This document shows, piece by piece, positions 61,801 to 64,000 of a stretch of 64,000 nucleotides of DNA. The notes beneath the pieces are model-generated. The model saw only the letters and a list, made by a program, of their open reading frames with translations, was not told where the DNA came from and made no database searches. The DNA lies in contig NZ_DATGLN010000170.1 of assembly GCF_035294165.1 (NCBI RefSeq), positions 4,227 to 68,226 of the forward strand. The letters run 5' to 3'. The DNA is from Chthonomonas sp. (lineage in GTDB: Bacteria > Armatimonadota > Chthonomonadetes > Chthonomonadales > Chthonomonadaceae). The position numbers were made by a program, and so were the translations under genes. Each line of letters begins with the position of its first letter. The first letter of the stretch is position 1.

Positions 61801-62063
61801 GGCCATTCTTGGGTGCGGAGGGCTTTCAAAAAATCGAGGGCGGCATGGACTGCATCGGTGGCCGAAGCAAAAGCGGCGAACCCTCCGTCGCCCATCATTT
61901 TGAAGAGATGCCCTCCATGTTCCGCAATGACATTTTGCAGGAGCGCGTTGTGAAGGGCGAGAGCCGTCTGCATTGCCTCCGGAGCACTCTCCCACAGTTT
62001 GGTGCTGCCCTCAATATCGGTGCACAAAAATGTAAGTGTATAAGACTGAACTTGCATCGTCAA
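58881..62063 (-). CDS. Class III adenylate cyclase - STAND (NB-ARC-like) ATPase - TPR protein
   Basis: TDIEGST, KMMGDG, RVALHSG, DYLG..LN..SRL; NNLP...FIGRERE, GVGGCGKS, LLVLDNCEH, LDGIPLALELAA; C-terminal TPRs. Confidence 0.88.
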   Translation of the reverse strand: MTMQVQSYTLTFLCTDIEGSTKLWESAPEAMQTALALHNALLQNVIAEHGGHLFKMMGDGGFAAFASATDAVHAALDFLKALRTQEWPPETGPLRVRVALHSGTAMQQAEDYLGPPLNKTSRLVEVAHGGQLILSEATKILVEVHLPPNADLLDLGWHRLRDLKAPEHIYQLIHPELERDFPPLRSLAGGFYPNNLPFQLSSFIGREREVEEIRNLLESGRLVSLVGVGGCGKSRLSLQVAAEMLEHFPDGVWWVELASVQEGNGVASQIGSVLGLRETPTEPMEEVLLRYLRNKALLLVLDNCEHLLEAVGRLVSRILRECGEIKILTSSRERLHVMGERVYPVLPLSLPSSNESLSVAEVAHYEALALFVERAQNVLPEFRVDNENLEALVEVCHKLDGIPLALELAASRLRVISLPELAYRLDERLRILRGGMRSELSRHRTLRATLDWSYELLTPREQELFCSLGAFRGGWSLEAIEHVGEEAYGLEAWEVLELLEGLVEKSLCMMRQRKGEVRYNLLETVREYAVEKLRERGPEFEGRVRRAHAHYYTNLADVARTELLGKEGVYWAERLTEEWANIEETYAWYRRQHDWEACLRLCVALSDFWLLNGSLREGLTWCEAALANYSAEDYLYGKGLVLVTHLRYRLGDLEQSQAYAERLWKLAEHLHHEELLGFAHRFKGYFAFLRKDYSAAEAHFKSAYSYFRSVGDRIKEAIMLAELFTIPYNLGDFERAQEYIEQAIALHREVGDEISLSYDLFCLGQVLLQQQSQFERARSLFEEALAIARTHGNVGNLPLYLNALAHVYQEQGEYAKALALEEEALAICRNTGERWKEAGTLAQLGRLAYYQGEYEKARHYFEEVLQLYPTPDNIPALHHIQAANFGLATLALRERNYEQAYQRFQQLVEWGRQYHLPLAISAPLRKLSLLALLHHQEKTARDCLDEALAVAREHEDVDEIAYTLRAYGVYRAWQAQHEGYSKAQRVTFALCAARLIGGAHRILEDTQVKVSPYELTEQGEGWLAQARALIGEDRFEAAYNEGHAWSMEQTITAALAEPRP

Positions 62064-62162
62064 CCCTCTACCGGTTTGTTAAGGAAGAGGCTTAGGATAC
62101 AACCGAACAGACTCTTTGTTTTAATATACCTTTTCATCTCATCGAGGTGACGAAGTTAGTTG

Positions 62163-63341
62163 CTAGACTTCGACCCACATCCCGCCGTGTTCATCGGAGT
62201 TTTGGCAGGCTGTGATGGTTCTCTGTGCGGCCAAACCATCCTCGAAAGTAGGAGAGAGCGGGGAGGGAGGCTGCCCCTCTTCATGGCGCGCGATATTCGA
62301 CACGAAGTCAAAGAGGCTATGAATATGAAATTGTATCCAGCCCACACTGTTTTTGGTAACACCTAAGGCGTAGGGTTTGGGATAGCGCGAGACGCATTCG
62401 ATGCGTTGAAAACCGCGCTTTCCCCCCAAATCCTCTTCCGGCAGGGTGGCATCGTAGATATCGAGCCAGTTGGGTTCCATCAAATTGAAGCGCAAGGCGC
62501 CACGACTTCCATGGAGTTCCAGGCGAATCTCGTCCTGCGCCCCGGTTGCCAAACGCGAGGCCTCCAAGCTTCCATAGGCGCCTCCTGCCAACTGAGCCTG
62601 CACGAGCGCGATATCATCCACATCCACTTTGCGCATCTGGCCGCTTCTTACATCCAACCGCTCTGTAATCACTGTTTGCAGACGGGCACTAACCCGTTGA
62701 AACTCTCCGGCACGTTCTATCGGAAGCGGAGGCCCTGCCAAGAATCGCACGAGGTCAAAGATGTGTGCCCCCAAGTCGGCGACGGCGCCTCCACCGCTTC
62801 GTGCCTTATCCATGCGCCAAGAGTAAGGGCGATGGGGAGAAATATAGCCCGCGTGGAGATAAGCCACGCGAAAACTGAACAGTTCTCCTAAGAACCCCGA
62901 TTCTGCGAGCTGTCGCGCCCGTAGAATCGCCGGCACAAAACGATAGTTGAAGGTCATCTGTTGCACGGTGGGAACGTTGCGCGCTAGAGAGACGATCTCC
63001 ACCGCCTCCTCTTTGGTCAGCGCGAGCGGCTTATCGCAGTAGATGTGTTTGCCCGCCTTTAGGGCATCACGTAAAATAGGGTAATGGAGATCGTTGGGGG
63101 CACAGATATTGATGATCTGAATGTCCTCGCGCTCCAACAGGGCCTGATAATCGCGTGTCGCAAACAGAAAACCGGCCTGCTCCTGCGCCTTTTTCCCGCT
63201 CTCCTCCGTTGCCGTACAAACTCCCACCAAACGCAACCTAGCCGGCAACGGATCGTAAAAGAGGGGTAATGATAGATAGGCATGGGCATGCACTTTCCCG
63301 ATAAACCCATAGCCCACCATCCCAACACCGTAGGTTTGCAT
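62163..63341 (-). CDS. Gfo/Idh/MocA family oxidoreductase
   Basis: GMVGYGFIG, ICAPNDLH, GKHIYCDKPLA, FNYRF, GGGAVADLGAH. Confidence 0.9.
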   Translation of the reverse strand: MQTYGVGMVGYGFIGKVHAHAYLSLPLFYDPLPARLRLVGVCTATEESGKKAQEQAGFLFATRDYQALLEREDIQIINICAPNDLHYPILRDALKAGKHIYCDKPLALTKEEAVEIVSLARNVPTVQQMTFNYRFVPAILRARQLAESGFLGELFSFRVAYLHAGYISPHRPYSWRMDKARSGGGAVADLGAHIFDLVRFLAGPPLPIERAGEFQRVSARLQTVITERLDVRSGQMRKVDVDDIALVQAQLAGGAYGSLEASRLATGAQDEIRLELHGSRGALRFNLMEPNWLDIYDATLPEEDLGGKRGFQRIECVSRYPKPYALGVTKNSVGWIQFHIHSLFDFVSNIARHEEGQPPSPLSPTFEDGLAAQRTITACQNSDEHGGMWVEV

Positions 63342-63433
63342 TTTGCCTTTCCTTGTACGCTATCGAGTTTCTGCAGGAATTCTACCTTGTTGTCATAAAA
63401 TAAAACGAGGAACCCACGCCCAAGAATGCGACG

Positions 63434-64000
63434 ATGATACACCACTCCTGGAACTTAACGCCTCAAGAGGCTATCCAACTGCAGAAAAAGTTGGCCAAAG
63501 AAGTCCGTGTGGAACCTTTGGAAGTCGAGAAGGTTAAGCTGGTGGCCGGCTGTGACATCTCTTTTGCTGCCCATGCCTCTGCGGATACACCGGTTTTTGC
63601 CGGAGTTGTGGTACTTGAACGGCCCCACCTCACCTTGAAGGAGCGGGTAGGGGTTCGCACCATCTCTCCGTTTCCCTATATTCCCGGCCTTCTCTCTTTT
63701 CGGGAATCGCCTCCTCTGCTCGAGGCCTGGGAGCGGCTCACGACCCGTCCCGACATTCTCATAGCGGATGGGCAGGGCCTCGCCCATCCACGCCGATTTG
63801 GAATCGCGTGCCATCTTGGGCTGCTGTTAGATATACCGAGCATCGGAGTGGCCAAAAGTCTGCTTGTAGGGCATCATGAACCGGTTCCAAACGATGTGGG
63901 CGCTTGGCAACCGATAGTGGATCGGGGTGAGGTGGTGGGGGCGGCGCTTCGTCTGAAACAGAACGTGGCTCCGATCTATGTATCTGTGGGGCATCGGGTA
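63434..64000 (+). CDS. nfi: Endonuclease V (deoxyinosine 3'-endonuclease), truncated by the window end; not in the supplied ORF track
   Basis: Own translation from ATG 63434: MIHHSWNLTPQEAIQLQ...VAGCDISF...FPYIPGLLSFRE...DGQGLAHPRRFGIACHLG...IGVAKS...PIYVSVGHR. Confidence 0.93.
   Translation, partial: MIHHSWNLTPQEAIQLQKKLAKEVRVEPLEVEKVKLVAGCDISFAAHASADTPVFAGVVVLERPHLTLKERVGVRTISPFPYIPGLLSFRESPPLLEAWERLTTRPDILIADGQGLAHPRRFGIACHLGLLLDIPSIGVAKSLLVGHHEPVPNDVGAWQPIVDRGEVVGAALRLKQNVAPIYVSVGHRV

Overview
Bacterial chromosomal window. The protein families and the DUF1559-style prepilins suggest Armatimonadota (Chthonomonas-like); this taxon is an inference and was not verified. 1-10 kb: ndk, pyruvate/acetoin dehydrogenase E1a/E1b/E2, an AcuC-like deacetylase, a PpiC foldase, a large SLBB polysaccharide-export protein and tRNA-Asn. 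10.5-14.3 kb: two probable carbohydrate-active secreted proteins. 14.7-16.9 kb: yqgF-yqeG-aroE. The main feature is a ~29 kb type IV filament locus (17.3-46.3 kb). It has pilB-pilT-pilC-pilD, two paralogous pilins, and then a ~20.5 kb operon of three oversized PilV/PilW/PilX-like minor pilins (~670, ~690 and 1088 aa) plus two giant secreted proteins (1659 and 2685 aa). A short beta-module motif recurs in the PilV- and PilW-like pilins and the 2685-aa protein. The operon is bracketed by inverted copies of a 264-bp palindrome-rich repeat, which belongs to a modular repeat family present at four loci in the window. The right part holds an O-methyltransferase, a six-hairpin hydrolase-like protein, an acyl-CoA ligase/creatininase/Sm-like operon, an ArsR-MFP-RND-DUF2892 operon, an adenylate cyclase-STAND-TPR protein, a Gfo/Idh/MocA oxidoreductase and a partial endonuclease V. 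All assignments come from motif recognition by eye; no searches were run.
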